Positions 18,420 to 29,500 of a stretch of 49,260 nucleotides of DNA are shown piece after piece. The DNA is taken from positions 1 through 49,260 of the forward strand of contig JAIRRT010000079.1 in assembly GCA_031255835.1 (NCBI GenBank), read 5' to 3'. Position 1 is the stretch's first letter, and the number at the start of each line of letters is the position of its first letter. This DNA comes from Bifidobacteriaceae bacterium. Lineage in GTDB: Bacteria > Actinomycetota > Actinomycetes > Actinomycetales > WQXJ01. The position numbers were made by a program, and so were the translations under genes. A model generated the notes under the pieces. It ran no database searches, was not told the DNA's origin, and saw only the letters and a list, made by a program, of their open reading frames with translations.

Positions 18420-18478
18420 GCCTTCACCCCCAGCCGGGACCCGGCGCTGGTAGCCGGGGCTAGGCGGGAGAAGCGACG

Positions 18479-19459
18479 CTAGACAGATTCGCCGCGGCGA
18501 ACGGCCTCAACCCAGGCCTTCGCCGCGGCGAAGTCTTTATCTGAGGTGCCTTCCTTCAACGCTGAGACGTGGGCGCCGGCCATCGGGTAGGAGCCGAGGT
18601 ATCGCACAAGCGGAGAGAACCGGTGCAGCCCTATCAGCGCCTCTGCCACGCGGGAATCGGCCACATGGCCCTCCGCATCGATTGAGAACGAGTACCGGCC
18701 CAGAGCCACACCGCTGGGCCGCGATTCGATGCGGGTCAGGTTGATGCCGCGGGTCGCAAAGTGCTCCAGCAACTCCAGCAGGGCGCCGGCACGCTCAGCA
18801 GGCAGATGCACCTGCAGCGTGGTCTTATCGGCCCCGGTTGGTGGTGGCGTCTGCCCAGGTGCTCCAACCAGCACAAACCGTGTCACTGCGTCAGGGTTGT
18901 CCGCCACATGCTCAGCCAACACAGCGAGCCCGTAGTGCTCCACCGCAGTTGGCGGAGCCAGCGCGGCGTCAAACCCGAGGGAGGTGAGGTCCTGGCTGCC
19001 AGGGGATGGGACGGCATCGTGGGCCGCGAGAGCGCCGGCAAGCGAAGCCGCAGAGGCGGTGTTGGACGATGCCGGCACGTGGGTTGCCTCGGGAAGGTTG
19101 CGGTGAATCCAGTTGCGGCACTGGGCCCAAGCGTGGGGGTGGGCGGCAATCCGGCGGACCGAGCCGAGCGTTTGGCCCGGCGCTCCGGCCAGGGTGAACG
19201 AGACCGGAACCAGCATTTCACGCAAGATGACCAGTGGCGATCCGCTGGCCAGGGTATCCAGTACCGTCGTCACGCCGCCTTCCACCGAATTCTCGATGGC
19301 GACAACGGCGAAATCCGCCTCCCCTTCACGCACGGCATCGATGGCGGAAACCACATCGATTTGCGGCAGGTAGATGGCGCTTTCTGGGGGCACCACCTGG
19401 CGCAGAGCAGCTTCGGTGAACGTCCCGGCAGGTCCGAGGTAGGCATAGCGATTCGGCAC
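18479..19459 (-). CDS. pheA: Prephenate dehydratase (with ACT domain)
   Basis: YLGPAGTFTEAA, the ESRP motif (TRIESRPS) and a C-terminal ACT region are present. The start codon is GTG. Confidence 0.92.
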   Translation of the reverse strand: MPNRYAYLGPAGTFTEAALRQVVPPESAIYLPQIDVVSAIDAVREGEADFAVVAIENSVEGGVTTVLDTLASGSPLVILREMLVPVSFTLAGAPGQTLGSVRRIAAHPHAWAQCRNWIHRNLPEATHVPASSNTASAASLAGALAAHDAVPSPGSQDLTSLGFDAALAPPTAVEHYGLAVLAEHVADNPDAVTRFVLVGAPGQTPPPTGADKTTLQVHLPAERAGALLELLEHFATRGINLTRIESRPSGVALGRYSFSIDAEGHVADSRVAEALIGLHRFSPLVRYLGSYPMAGAHVSALKEGTSDKDFAAAKAWVEAVRRGESV

Positions 19460-19591
19460 GGGCGCAGCTTAGCGTGCGACGAAGTGGGCCAGAGGTCCCT
19501 CTTTGCCGCGCAACAGCGGTACTAGGCTGACGCCGTTCGCCTCTATGACGAGGCGGTGTGTCACTGTCCGCCACCTGACCTGGAGGCCGCC

Positions 19592-20473
19592 ATGGCTTAC
19601 ACACCAGGTTCTGCCGCCAGTCCGCTGCTTATCGGAGTCGATGAGTTAGCCGATGCGATGTTCGGCAGCCGGTCTGCGGTGGCTGCGCCGATCCGCCTGC
19701 TTGATGTTCGCTGGAGTTTGGGTGACGCCACCGGCCGCGATGACTACTTGACCGCCCACATTCCTGGGGCCGTCTATGTAGATCTCGACACCGAATTGGC
19801 TGATCCACCCAGTCCCGCCGCTGGCCGCCACCCTCTTCCCAGCCATGAACGGCTGGCCGCAGCTGTCCGCCGCTGGGGTATAGACGCAGGTGACAGAGTG
19901 ATTGCCTACGATGGCGATTCCAACCTCTGCGCGGCGCGCGCCTGGTGGGTGCTGACCAATGCGGGCCTGCCGCGGGTCCAGCTGCTCGATGGCGCGCTGC
20001 CTGCTTGGCGGGCGGCCGGGCTGCCCCTCGAATCGGGCCAAGTGGCGCCTGTTCCCGGCACAGCCACCCTGGATGCAACCAACCGGTTGGCTGTCATCGC
20101 CATCGAACGCGCTGCTGCCCTGCCGGCCCACGGGGTCCTGCTTGATGCCCGCTCAACCGAGCGCTACCTGGGCCTGAGCGAACCCATTGATCCGCGGGCA
20201 GGTCACATTCCCGGAGCAGTAAGCGCCCCCACAGGTGAAAACGTGGACGATGACGGCCGCTTCTTGCCGCCAGATGTGTTGCGCCAGCGCTTTGAGAACT
20301 TGGGTGTGCGCGAAGGCGCCCCTACAGCCGCCTACTGCGGCTCTGGGGTGACCGCAGCCCACGAGGTGTTCGCACTACGCCTGGCAGGATTCGACGCAGC
20401 CCTATACGCCGGCTCCTGGTCCCAGTGGTCCCAAACCACCCGCCCAGCAGCCACCCAACCCCTGGCCAACTGA
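19592..20473 (+). CDS. Tandem-rhodanese sulfurtransferase (3-mercaptopyruvate/thiosulfate sulfurtransferase type)
   Basis: There are two rhodanese domains, and the active-site loop is YCGSGVTAAH. The start is placed at ATG 19592, after GGAGG. Confidence 0.88.
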   Translation: MAYTPGSAASPLLIGVDELADAMFGSRSAVAAPIRLLDVRWSLGDATGRDDYLTAHIPGAVYVDLDTELADPPSPAAGRHPLPSHERLAAAVRRWGIDAGDRVIAYDGDSNLCAARAWWVLTNAGLPRVQLLDGALPAWRAAGLPLESGQVAPVPGTATLDATNRLAVIAIERAAALPAHGVLLDARSTERYLGLSEPIDPRAGHIPGAVSAPTGENVDDDGRFLPPDVLRQRFENLGVREGAPTAAYCGSGVTAAHEVFALRLAGFDAALYAGSWSQWSQTTRPAATQPLAN

Positions 20474-20569
20474 CTGGGGCGCCGCAGGTGAAGGTGCGGG
20501 GTTCTTCTCCGGCCCGAGTCTGCTGTTGGTGGGCGTGTTGGGAGGGGTGGGGTCTGTAGGCTCTGGGGC

Positions 20570-22684
20570 GTGCGCGGGATCTGGGCAGCGGTGCTTCTTG
20601 GCGCGTTTTGCTTTGCGTCCCATGTTCCGGCGGCGGCCGCTGAGCCGCCTGGGGATTCGACACCGCTGGTGGTTGTAGGCGCTGTCGGGATTTCTTGGAC
20701 CGAAAGCCTGCCTGACACAACCGCCGTTCTGCGCGAGCGCGGCGCCTGGTTGGCCAACATGTCGACCCGGACACGCCAGGAGCACCCCTGCGGTGTGGAC
20801 ACCTGGCAACTGCTCAGGCCAATCACTGGGGCCGCCACACAGTCCGGGGATCCGAAACCCGAGGGGGCGGCCATCCAAACCCCCAGCCAGGCCGCCGCCG
20901 AAGACACCATCGAGGGGCCCACCCAAATCCCCAGCCAGACCACCATGCAGGCCCAAACCGAAGGCCCTGCCCAGACCGCCGGCCCTGAGGGCGTATTGGC
21001 GGTGGGGGCCGGGGCTTGGATTGCTGCTGACGGGCTGGCCAGTGCTCCTGTCAAGGCTCAGATGCCGGCAAGCGCGGAGGAACTGGCCAACCTGGTGGAT
21101 GACAATCTGAACTCCGGTGCATCGCTGGTTGTGGTGGACGCCGGGTCTGAGCCTGATACTCCACTTGAGCTGATAGATCAGCGCATCGCAGCCGTAGCGG
21201 CGGCCGGCTCAGCTCGAGTCATGGTGGTGACGGTCTGCCACCCGCCGCCACGGCAGTTCGGCATGAGCGCCTACATAGACCCAGCCCAAGCGGGCGCGCA
21301 GTCCAACCCTGACGGCTGGTCGCTGCTGTCCTCGCCAACCACTCGCCACCGCGGGCTGATCACAGTTGGTGACCTGGCGGATCTGGCCGCCGGAAAGCTC
21401 GGCGCCACCGGTAAGGTCTCCGTCTCACCAGCCCCGCCCGGCGCCCCATGGGCTGACCTGCTGGTGGATGATGCCAACCACGCCTGGTCAGCCGCCTACA
21501 TGATGGGCCCCTCATACATCGCCCTCATCGCCAGTTCCCTACTGGCGTTCCTGCCAGCCGCAGCGTTTGCCCTGACCAAGCGCCGGCGCTGGCCCGTCGC
21601 CTGGGCGCGCGCCTGCTTGTTCATCGCTGCCACAGCCCCCGCAGTTTTCCTGGTCAACCTGTTCCCGTGGTGGCGGGCCGGACCCCCCGGCAGCCTTCCG
21701 GTTCTCCTAACGTTCGCTGCGATCTCCTACACACTGGCGGCCATCATCACGGTGGCTGCGACCCTCTTGCTGCGCCGCTGGCGTCCCATTGGCCCCCCGG
21801 CCGGCGTTGCGGCAGTGGTGGTGGGGGTGATTGTGCTGGACGCCACAAGCTCCAGCTTCCTGGGGTGGGGAGCCCCGTTCGGTCCGAATCCGATCCACGG
21901 CGGCCGGTTCTTCGGAATCCCCAACGTCGAGTTCGCCTTCCTGACCGCGGCCGCGCTAGTGCTGACGGCCCTTGTGCTGGGCGCCTGGTTCAAACGCTGG
22001 AACCGCTGGGCTTGGCTGGCCACGGGCGTGATGGGCTGCGGGCTCACCGTGATCGATTCAGCCCCACAATTCGGCGCTGACCTGGGCGGCAGCCCAGTGA
22101 TCCTGCCGGCATTCGCGCTGTTCGGCTTCATCGCATCCGGCCGGCGGTTGGGGGTCAAGCCGCTACTGGCATCCGCCGCCCTGGGCGTGGTCGCGTTCGC
22201 GGCCGTGACGTTTTTCGACTGGCTGCGCGGTCCGGATCAGTGGACCCACGCCGGCGCCTTTGGGCAGGACCTGGTGCAGGGAGGGGTGATGGACGTCATC
22301 GTACGCAAGGGGTTGAACAGTGTGTTCTTGACTGTCCTGTTCGCTCCCCTTGTGGGTGGCCTGGTGCTGGTTGGGGTGTGGACGTGGCGGCGGATCAAGG
22401 GGACAGCCGATATGGCTGCCTACCGCAAGGCCGTGCCGCTGGCTGGGGCGTGCCTGGCGGGGCAGATCCCGCTGGCCGTGCTGGGCGCGCTGCTGAACGA
22501 TGCCGGCATGGCGGGAATCGCCATGGGGCTGGGGCTGGGGCTGCTACTTCTGCTGGCTGCGGCCCCGCCGCCGGCGAGCCTGACGGGACCTGGAGGAGTC
22601 CTTGGCGGCGATTTTGACGCCGCGGGAACCGACAGCGAACAAGACATCCCGGTACTGGGCAGCCCGGTGCAGTTGGGACCCTAG
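20570..22684 (+). CDS. Large polytopic membrane protein of unknown function (signal peptide, extracytoplasmic domain of about 290 aa, roughly 10 or more TM helices)
   Basis: Long ORF with coding-type composition. The N-terminus is IWAAVLLGAFCFASHVPAAAA, followed by many hydrophobic segments. No family was recognised. Confidence 0.65.
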   Translation: MRGIWAAVLLGAFCFASHVPAAAAEPPGDSTPLVVVGAVGISWTESLPDTTAVLRERGAWLANMSTRTRQEHPCGVDTWQLLRPITGAATQSGDPKPEGAAIQTPSQAAAEDTIEGPTQIPSQTTMQAQTEGPAQTAGPEGVLAVGAGAWIAADGLASAPVKAQMPASAEELANLVDDNLNSGASLVVVDAGSEPDTPLELIDQRIAAVAAAGSARVMVVTVCHPPPRQFGMSAYIDPAQAGAQSNPDGWSLLSSPTTRHRGLITVGDLADLAAGKLGATGKVSVSPAPPGAPWADLLVDDANHAWSAAYMMGPSYIALIASSLLAFLPAAAFALTKRRRWPVAWARACLFIAATAPAVFLVNLFPWWRAGPPGSLPVLLTFAAISYTLAAIITVAATLLLRRWRPIGPPAGVAAVVVGVIVLDATSSSFLGWGAPFGPNPIHGGRFFGIPNVEFAFLTAAALVLTALVLGAWFKRWNRWAWLATGVMGCGLTVIDSAPQFGADLGGSPVILPAFALFGFIASGRRLGVKPLLASAALGVVAFAAVTFFDWLRGPDQWTHAGAFGQDLVQGGVMDVIVRKGLNSVFLTVLFAPLVGGLVLVGVWTWRRIKGTADMAAYRKAVPLAGACLAGQIPLAVLGALLNDAGMAGIAMGLGLGLLLLLAAAPPPASLTGPGGVLGGDFDAAGTDSEQDIPVLGSPVQLGP

Positions 22685-23332
22685 ATCCTTCCCAGTTGCA
22701 CGATGACGCAGGTCACAGGGCACTTCGACGATGTCGTAGCCCTCCCGCACCAGGTCGATTGTCATGGCAGTCTCGACGCCCCATCCGTGTGCGAGGGGGG
22801 TGGCCGCCTCAAACGCCTCCCGCGTCAGGCACCTGATTCCGGAAAGTGGGGCCTTCGGCTCCCAGCCGGCAGCACGGAAGATCGCTCGGCGAGCCAGGTT
22901 CACCACCAGTCCGTGCCCGGCAGCCCCTGCCTGGGGAGGCAGGATGGCTATCGTCAAATCGGCCTCGCCTGCCATTACGGGCGCTATCAGCGGGGCAGCG
23001 TTTGCGGCTGAATCACCCAAATCGCCGTCCAGGAACAGCAGATGGCGGGCGGGATCTTGGTCGGTGTCACGCATGGCAACAACGGCGGCGCCCGTTTCCA
23101 TGGCCTCAGCCTTGCCCCGATTGTGGGGGTGACGTACCACAACGGCGCCAGCCTCGCGGGCGATTTGCCCTGTCGAATCGGCCGATCCGTCATCGACCAC
23201 TAGGACAAGATCGACAGCCGGCAATGCAGCGGTGGCACGAATCGTGGCCGCGATCCTGCCCGCTTCATTCTTCGCTGGGATGATCACGGCCACGTGTTGC
23301 TGGGGGGCGTCACGGCGCGCTCTGGGAGGCAC
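22544..23332 (-). CDS. Family 2 glycosyltransferase (GT-A fold)
   Basis: VAVIIPAKNEAGRI...VVDDGSADST...FLDGDL (DxD) are present. The start codon is GTG. The 3' end overlaps the convergent membrane-protein gene. Confidence 0.85.
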   Translation of the reverse strand: MPPRARRDAPQQHVAVIIPAKNEAGRIAATIRATAALPAVDLVLVVDDGSADSTGQIAREAGAVVVRHPHNRGKAEAMETGAAVVAMRDTDQDPARHLLFLDGDLGDSAANAAPLIAPVMAGEADLTIAILPPQAGAAGHGLVVNLARRAIFRAAGWEPKAPLSGIRCLTREAFEAATPLAHGWGVETAMTIDLVREGYDIVEVPCDLRHRATGKDLGSQLHRAAQYRDVLFAVGSRGVKIAAKDSSRSRQARRRRGRSQQK

Positions 23333-23361
23333 GGATCCAGCCTAGTAGGCCGGACCGCCCG

Positions 23362-24186
23362 TCAACGCAAAGTGACCGAACGGGCCACCAATCCTGCCCG
23401 TGCGCGGCGCTCTGCCACGCTCAAATCGTCCCCAACGGCCAGTGCCTTGTTCAAACGTTCACGGAACGAGCCCAGCGGGTCGGTCAAATCGGCCGCTTCG
23501 GTGCCGGTTGGAAGCTCCCACACGGGGATGATCATTCCGAGGGATCGGAACGCGCCAACGTACTTGGCGCCATCTACAACACCGGCCTGTCGTTTGGCTT
23601 GCAGGCGGGCCAGGGCATCCAGCAGTTCTGTTTCTTCGATTCCGAGCGACCAGCGCAGATAGGGCCGCCCACCCAGCTTTGTCCAGTACGCGGAAGGAGT
23701 GTCCGGTACGGCATCGGTCGGGTCAATGGCTTTGGAGGCATCTTCGATCGCTTGGGTCATATCGGCATCGTCCGGGTCCAGGTCTTTCCAATACTCGAAG
23801 GTCTGGTGGACGGTGACGGTGAAGTCGAAATCCAAATCGAGCATGTCCTGCAGGCGCGGACTGGGGGCGCCGGGATCGATTGAGGTGACCGGATTGCCCG
23901 GTTCAGCCTTCAACGCCAACTCCAGCGCCTGGCCCAGATCCAGCCCCGGATCAGCAGAGGCGTAGGCCGATTGCAAGGCGAGGACCGGCTGGCCATCTGC
24001 CCGCTGCCAGGCTGGATGCAGGTCCGGCAGCAGTGTCACCACCTGCACCGGCTTGGCGGAATGGGCGGCGTTGAGCTGGGCTGTAGCTGTGGCTGCTGGC
24101 ACCAGTTTGCGCAGTGCCACCCAGTCAGCCTCGGATGGCAAACCGGCAAACGGACGGACCTCATAGTCGGGTTGTGTCTCAGACAT
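23362..24186 (-). CDS. Conserved actinobacterial hypothetical protein (DUF5926-like)
   Basis: FAGLPSEADWVALRKLVPAATA ... IIPVWELP ... ERRARAGLVARSVTLR resembles the family as I recall it. The start is placed at the M of MSETQPDY. The gene lies 29 bp upstream of the GT2 gene on the same strand. Confidence 0.6.
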   Translation of the reverse strand: MSETQPDYEVRPFAGLPSEADWVALRKLVPAATATAQLNAAHSAKPVQVVTLLPDLHPAWQRADGQPVLALQSAYASADPGLDLGQALELALKAEPGNPVTSIDPGAPSPRLQDMLDLDFDFTVTVHQTFEYWKDLDPDDADMTQAIEDASKAIDPTDAVPDTPSAYWTKLGGRPYLRWSLGIEETELLDALARLQAKRQAGVVDGAKYVGAFRSLGMIIPVWELPTGTEAADLTDPLGSFRERLNKALAVGDDLSVAERRARAGLVARSVTLR

Positions 24187-24258
24187 GCCGCCAAGCCTAG
24201 GGGTCACCGGCCCCACCCCAAACCACCGGGCGCCTAGCAGCGTGCCAGGATAGTCACT

Positions 24259-25923
24259 ATGCACGCGAGAGCCGGCACCCTGGCACGCCCAGAAGACCTG
24301 ATCAATGTCCCGTCATTGTTGGCGGCCTACTACGACATAACACCCGAGCCTGACAATCCTGACCAGCAGGTTGTCTTTGGAACGTCCGGGCACCGCGGAT
24401 CCTCCTTGGACGGCACGTTCAATGAGACACACATCGTGGCGATCACGGCGGCCATCATTGAGCACCGCCGCGCAGCTGGGATCGATGGACCGCTTTTCAT
24501 TGGCAGGGACCCGCACGCTTTGTCGATGCCTGCCTGGCAGACCGCCCTGGAGGTGCTGGCAGCGGCCGGTGTCGAGGTGCGGATTGACGCCCGCGACGGC
24601 TACACACCCACCCCGGCTGTCTCGCTGGCCATCTTGATGGCTGGGGCGGCTGGGCCTGGCCTGGCGGACGGAATTGTGGTGACGCCATCGCACAACCCGC
24701 CCCGTGATGGCGGGTTCAAGTACAACCCGCCTTCCGGTGGGCCCGCCGATGCCGAGACCACCAGTCAGATAGCCAAGCGGGCAAACGAGTTGATCCGCTC
24801 TGGCCAAGTGCGGCAGGTCAAACGCATCAGCCTGGAGTTGGCGCTTGGGGCTCCCACCACCGGCCGGTTCGACTTCCTCGACACGTACGTCAGGGAGTTG
24901 GGCAGCGCCATCGACATAGAAGCCATCCGGTCTGCTGGCATCAGAATCGGTGCTGATCCGCTTGGTGGGGCTTCGGTGGACTATTGGGGCGCCATCGGCG
25001 AGCGGTATGGGTTGGACCTGACGGTGGTCAACGACAAAGTGGACCCGACCTGGTATTTCATGACGCTCGACTGGGACGGCAAGATCCGCATGGACTGCTC
25101 CTCCCCCTACGCGATGGCCTCGCTGACCCGTGTCATGGAGGGCCGGGACGCCAACGGCAAGGCGCCGTATGACATCGCCACCGGGAACGACGCCGATGCC
25201 GACAGGCACGGGATTGTGACCCCTGACGGGTTGATGAACCCGAACCACTATCTGGCGGCGGCCATCGCCTATCTGTTTGGCGGTGCGCGGCCGGGCTGGC
25301 CGATTGATGGTGCGGTCGGCAAAACGTTGGTCTCCTCCAGTCTGATCGACAAGGTGGCCGGAGCCCAGGGGCGGGCGTTGATGGAGGTGCCCGTCGGTTT
25401 CAAGTGGTTTGTTGAGGGGCTGAGGCACGGCACGGTGGCGTTTGGTGGCGAAGAGTCTGCCGGCGCGAGCTTCTTGCGGCGCGATGGCGGGGTTTGGACC
25501 ACCGACAAGGACGGCCTGCTGATGGCTTTGGCGGCCTCGGAGATCATGGCGACCAGCGGCAAGACACCGAGCCAGGTGCATCAGGAGTTGGTCAGTGTGT
25601 TTGGCCCGTCCTGGTATGCCCGAATCGATGCTCCGGCCGGGCGTGAAGCCAAGGCCCGCCTGGCGGCTTTGAGCCCAGAGCAGGTCAGCGCCACCGAGTT
25701 GGCTGGCCAGCCGATCACGGCCAAGTTGACCAAAGCGCCAGGTAACGGGGCCGCCATCGGCGGATTGAAGGTGACCACGCGCGATGCCTGGTTCGCTGCC
25801 CGCCCGTCCGGCACCGAGGATGTGTACAAGATCTATGCCGAATCGGCCCTGTCCCAGGCCCACCTGCATGAGGTCCAGACCGCCGCGCGCGAGGTGGTGT
25901 CAGCTGCCCTGGGGGCCGAGTAG
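24259..25923 (+). CDS. pgm: Phosphoglucomutase, alpha-D-glucose-phosphate specific
   Basis: The phosphoserine loop [26 protein letters not shown] and GGEESAG are present in a 554-aa product. Confidence 0.95.
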   Translation: MHARAGTLARPEDLINVPSLLAAYYDITPEPDNPDQQVVFGTSGHRGSSLDGTFNETHIVAITAAIIEHRRAAGIDGPLFIGRDPHALSMPAWQTALEVLAAAGVEVRIDARDGYTPTPAVSLAILMAGAAGPGLADGIVVTPSHNPPRDGGFKYNPPSGGPADAETTSQIAKRANELIRSGQVRQVKRISLELALGAPTTGRFDFLDTYVRELGSAIDIEAIRSAGIRIGADPLGGASVDYWGAIGERYGLDLTVVNDKVDPTWYFMTLDWDGKIRMDCSSPYAMASLTRVMEGRDANGKAPYDIATGNDADADRHGIVTPDGLMNPNHYLAAAIAYLFGGARPGWPIDGAVGKTLVSSSLIDKVAGAQGRALMEVPVGFKWFVEGLRHGTVAFGGEESAGASFLRRDGGVWTTDKDGLLMALAASEIMATSGKTPSQVHQELVSVFGPSWYARIDAPAGREAKARLAALSPEQVSATELAGQPITAKLTKAPGNGAAIGGLKVTTRDAWFAARPSGTEDVYKIYAESALSQAHLHEVQTAAREVVSAALGAE

Positions 25924-25992
25924 GCGGGGTCGCTTGGGGTCCGGCTGGTTTGCCGGCCTTGCGGCTGGGTCTTGCCGGCTGTTTCTTGCCGG

Positions 25993-26454
25993 CTAGCTGG
26001 TGGTGTCGACGATGACGGCACCCAGGACTGTGGTGGTGCCTGCGGCATCGGCGGGGAGATCGGCTAGGACCTGCCAGTTGCGCTGCTCAGCTGGCCGCAC
26101 ATCTCGCAACGTCACCAGCCCGCGAGCGTAGACCGAGGATGTCAGCGGGTCTATCCACGAGACCGAGATGGCAACATCGCCGGCCTCGCCCGGAGGCATG
26201 GTCAGGGTTCCGTTCGCGGAGACTTGGCTGCCTGGGTCGGTGGTGGCGCTGCGCATGGTGACCGCTGAGACGATCCCGCGGCCTATCGGGATGTCCGGCA
26301 CACGGTTGGAGAACTGGGAGATCGCGGCTCCCACCTGGGCGGATTGGTCGGCCTGATCGGCTCGGCTGGGCGCGTCGCCGCGGCCGGCCGCCTGAAGCGC
26401 CGCCACCACCAAGACCAAGCATCCGAGCACCGCAACCGTGATGACTCGCTTCAT
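25993..26454 (-). CDS. Small secreted or membrane-anchored hypothetical protein
   Basis: N-terminal signal/anchor MKRVITVAVLGCLVLVVAALQAAG. The 153-aa product matches no recognised family. Confidence 0.55.
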   Translation of the reverse strand: MKRVITVAVLGCLVLVVAALQAAGRGDAPSRADQADQSAQVGAAISQFSNRVPDIPIGRGIVSAVTMRSATTDPGSQVSANGTLTMPPGEAGDVAISVSWIDPLTSSVYARGLVTLRDVRPAEQRNWQVLADLPADAAGTTTVLGAVIVDTTS

Positions 26455-26570
26455 GTTTTGTGCCCCCCTCGATCACACTGAGCTGATCGTCCGCCGCGCG
26501 GTGGCCGGGTAGGCGGAACTGCCCGCCCTGTCTCAGTCCGTGGGGGCGGCGCCCTGGGTTGGTGGGTCGC

Positions 26571-29500
26571 CTAGGGCGTGGCCGCGGGACGCAGGGCGGC
26601 GGCGATGGCTTTGCGGATGCGCTGTTCGGAGACCGGACGGGCCGTGCCAAGGGTCTGGGCGAACAGCGAGATCCGGAACTCCTCGATCATCCACTCGACA
26701 TCGCTGAGCCCTCGCGGGATGGTGGCGCCGGGCGGCAGGCCCTCTACCGCCTCGCGGTGTGCCAGCCGCATCTGTTCGGCAAGCCAAATGCCCTGTTGCT
26801 CGCGCTGGCGAGCGGTCTTGGCTCGCTCAATCCGGTAGGCATCCCCGGCCACATAGCGGCGCAGATCGGCAAGGCGCCGCTCGCCTGCACGCAGCACAAA
26901 CCCGGGGGCCAGCAGGCTGTCCAGGTGCCGGCGAATGTCAGCCGCGGTGTTGATTGTGGCCAGATCGGTCAGATCGGCGAGCCTGACATCAACCTGGTGG
27001 GCCTGTTTCAGCAGGTCAACCACCGTCAAGGCGATCCGGTACACCCGGTCCTCCAGCAAGTCCAGCAACCTATCCCGCACGATGGCGTACCCCGCCTGAG
27101 TGCGCGGCACACCTCCGTGCTCGGTCACCAACACGTCCACGGCCGCCGCCTGGATGTCCTCTATGAGCTGGGCAACGTTCCCGGACCGCCAGGATGCCAG
27201 CGCCAGCTTGGCCGGTTCGCTCAACCGACTGGTCACCCTGCCCGTGGGCAGCCGAAGCTGGTTCAACAGCAGTGCCCGCACCCCTGCCTGGTGGGCTTGG
27301 GCTGCGCCAGTCTGGTCGGTCATCAGCCGGACCGAAACGGTCTGTTGCTCGGTTGCGCCGGCGTTCTTGCCTGCTGGTTGGCCTGCGGCCGGTTCGACAA
27401 CAACGGCCGGGTATCCGCGAACCACCAGCCCGCCTTGGAGTGGCAGGCTGATCTCGGCTGGCAGATCGCCGAAGTCCCAGGTCTCGACGTTGTCACGCTC
27501 GCCGGCCCAGCCTGCCAGCAGCGGCGATGCCGGCTGGTCCACACCGGGTTGGTCGCCGCCGGGGACGGTGCTTGCCTCGACCACAGCTGCGATGGCTTCG
27601 CGGATGCCTGGGTCGGCCTGGTGGACCACGCTCGCCAGGTCCGTGCCACTCGACATCGACACGCCTTTGCGGTTGTCCACTGAGAATCGCATCTTCAGGT
27701 GTTCCGGCAGGCGTTCGGTGTTCCATGCTTCTGGCGGAACAATCACGTCTCGCGTCTGGCGGAACACCGTTGCCAAGGCTTCAGTTAGGGGTGGGATTCG
27801 GCCTGTGGCATCACGCCATTCGTTCATGTCGCCTAGGCGGCCGACGGCTGCCCTGGCTGTATCGGGGGCGGGCACCAGGTTGACCCGCTCCTTTTTGGGT
27901 AGGCCTTTGATCAACGCGGTCACCAGCTCTACGCGCAAGCCTGGAACCTGCCAATCGAAACCGTCGGTTGGGATTTGGTTGGCGATGGCAATCGGGATGT
28001 GTACCGTGGCGCCATCGGCGGGTGAACCTGGCGAAAACTCATATGTCATCTCCAGTTCAAAATCCCCTGCCTGCCAGGTGTTGGGGAATCCTTCATCAGC
28101 GCCTGCTGTGGAATCGAGGCCAATTTCATCCTCAGTCAAAGTCAACATGTCAGGGGCCTTGGCGCTGATCTTCTTCCACCAGGCGTCGAAGCGCCGGGCC
28201 GATGTAACCGATTCGGCTATTCGCGCATCGTAGAAGTCAAATAGATCGGCCGGATCTACGGAGAATGATCTATCGCGTGTCCTGTGGACCAGATCATCGG
28301 CTTGGGCTATGAGCTGCCGGTTGGCGTGAAAGAACTTGTGTCGGGTCTGCCATTCACCGTCCACCAGCGCGTGGCGAATGAATAGTTCGCGGGCCAACGC
28401 CCTGTCCGTCCGGTCCAATTGGACGGTCCGGGCCGCGATGATAGGCAGCCCATACAACAAGACCTTTTCATCGACTATGGCGGCGCCTCGCTTTGCCGAC
28501 CAACGCGGCTCGGCATAGACCCGCCGCACCAAATCCCCGGCAACACTCTCCGCCCAAGCCGGATCGATACCGGCAACGTCCCTCGCCCACAGACGCGATG
28601 TCTCGACCAACTCGGCCGCCACTATCCATGCTGGCGGATTGGCGGACAGGGCCGAGCCGGGGAAGATGGCGAACCGCGTGCCCCGTGCCCCGATGTAGTC
28701 GTTGCGGGGCCCGCGCCGGCCGGTCCTCTCTTGCCCGCTGCGGCCTGTTGACGCCTTGGCTCCCACGTCGGTGTCGGCCCGCATCCCGATCTGCGACAGC
28801 AACCCAGCCAGCAGGGCCCGGTGGATGCTGGCCGCATCCCATGTCGGATCATCGCGGCGCACTGGCACCAAACCCAGCGGTTTGACTATCCGCCTGAGTT
28901 GAGCCACCAGGTCTTGCCATTCGCGTATCCGCAGATAGTTCAAGAACTCTGCCCGGACAGTGCGCCGGAACGCTGAGGATGATTGGTCACGCCGGGCTTG
29001 GCGAAGGTACTGCCACAGATTCAGATGGGTCAGGAAGTCCGAGGTCGGGTCCGTGAACCGGGCGTGGGCGGCATCGGCCTCATCGCGGCGGTCGAGCGGT
29101 CTTTCCCGGACATCTTGGATGGACAGCGCGGCTGCCAAGATGGTCAGCTCGCGGACCACTCCGAATCTGCCAGCTTCAACGATCATTCGGGCAAGGCGCG
29201 GGTCCACCGGGATCTCGGCCATCTTGCGGCCGGTCTCGGTCAACACCGTCTTGCCTGGCTTCTTCTTGTTGGTGGATTGGGTGATGGCCCCAAGCTCGGT
29301 CAGCAGTGCGATCCCGTCCCGCACGCCGCGCGGATCGGGTGGTTGCACAAACGGGAAGGCTGTGATGTCGCTGGGCGATGAAGCCACCCCGACAGCGATC
29401 ATCCGCAAGATGACCGACGCCAACGATGTCCTGAGGATCTCCGGTTCGGTGTACTGCGGCCGGGAGGCGTAGTCCTGGTCCGAATACAGCCGGATGCAGA

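Noticed and set aside
24313-25869. 518-aa ORF antisense to pgm. Similar long ORFs lie antisense or out of frame in thiP (1312-2139, 2322-3683), hrpA (26559-27683, 27100-28233), the oxidase gene (30748-31722), ltaE (40930-41865) and the GH65 gene
   Set aside because: They are Arg/Gly/Pro-rich, have no recognisable motifs, and each overlaps a gene with unambiguous homology. They are GC-driven artefacts.
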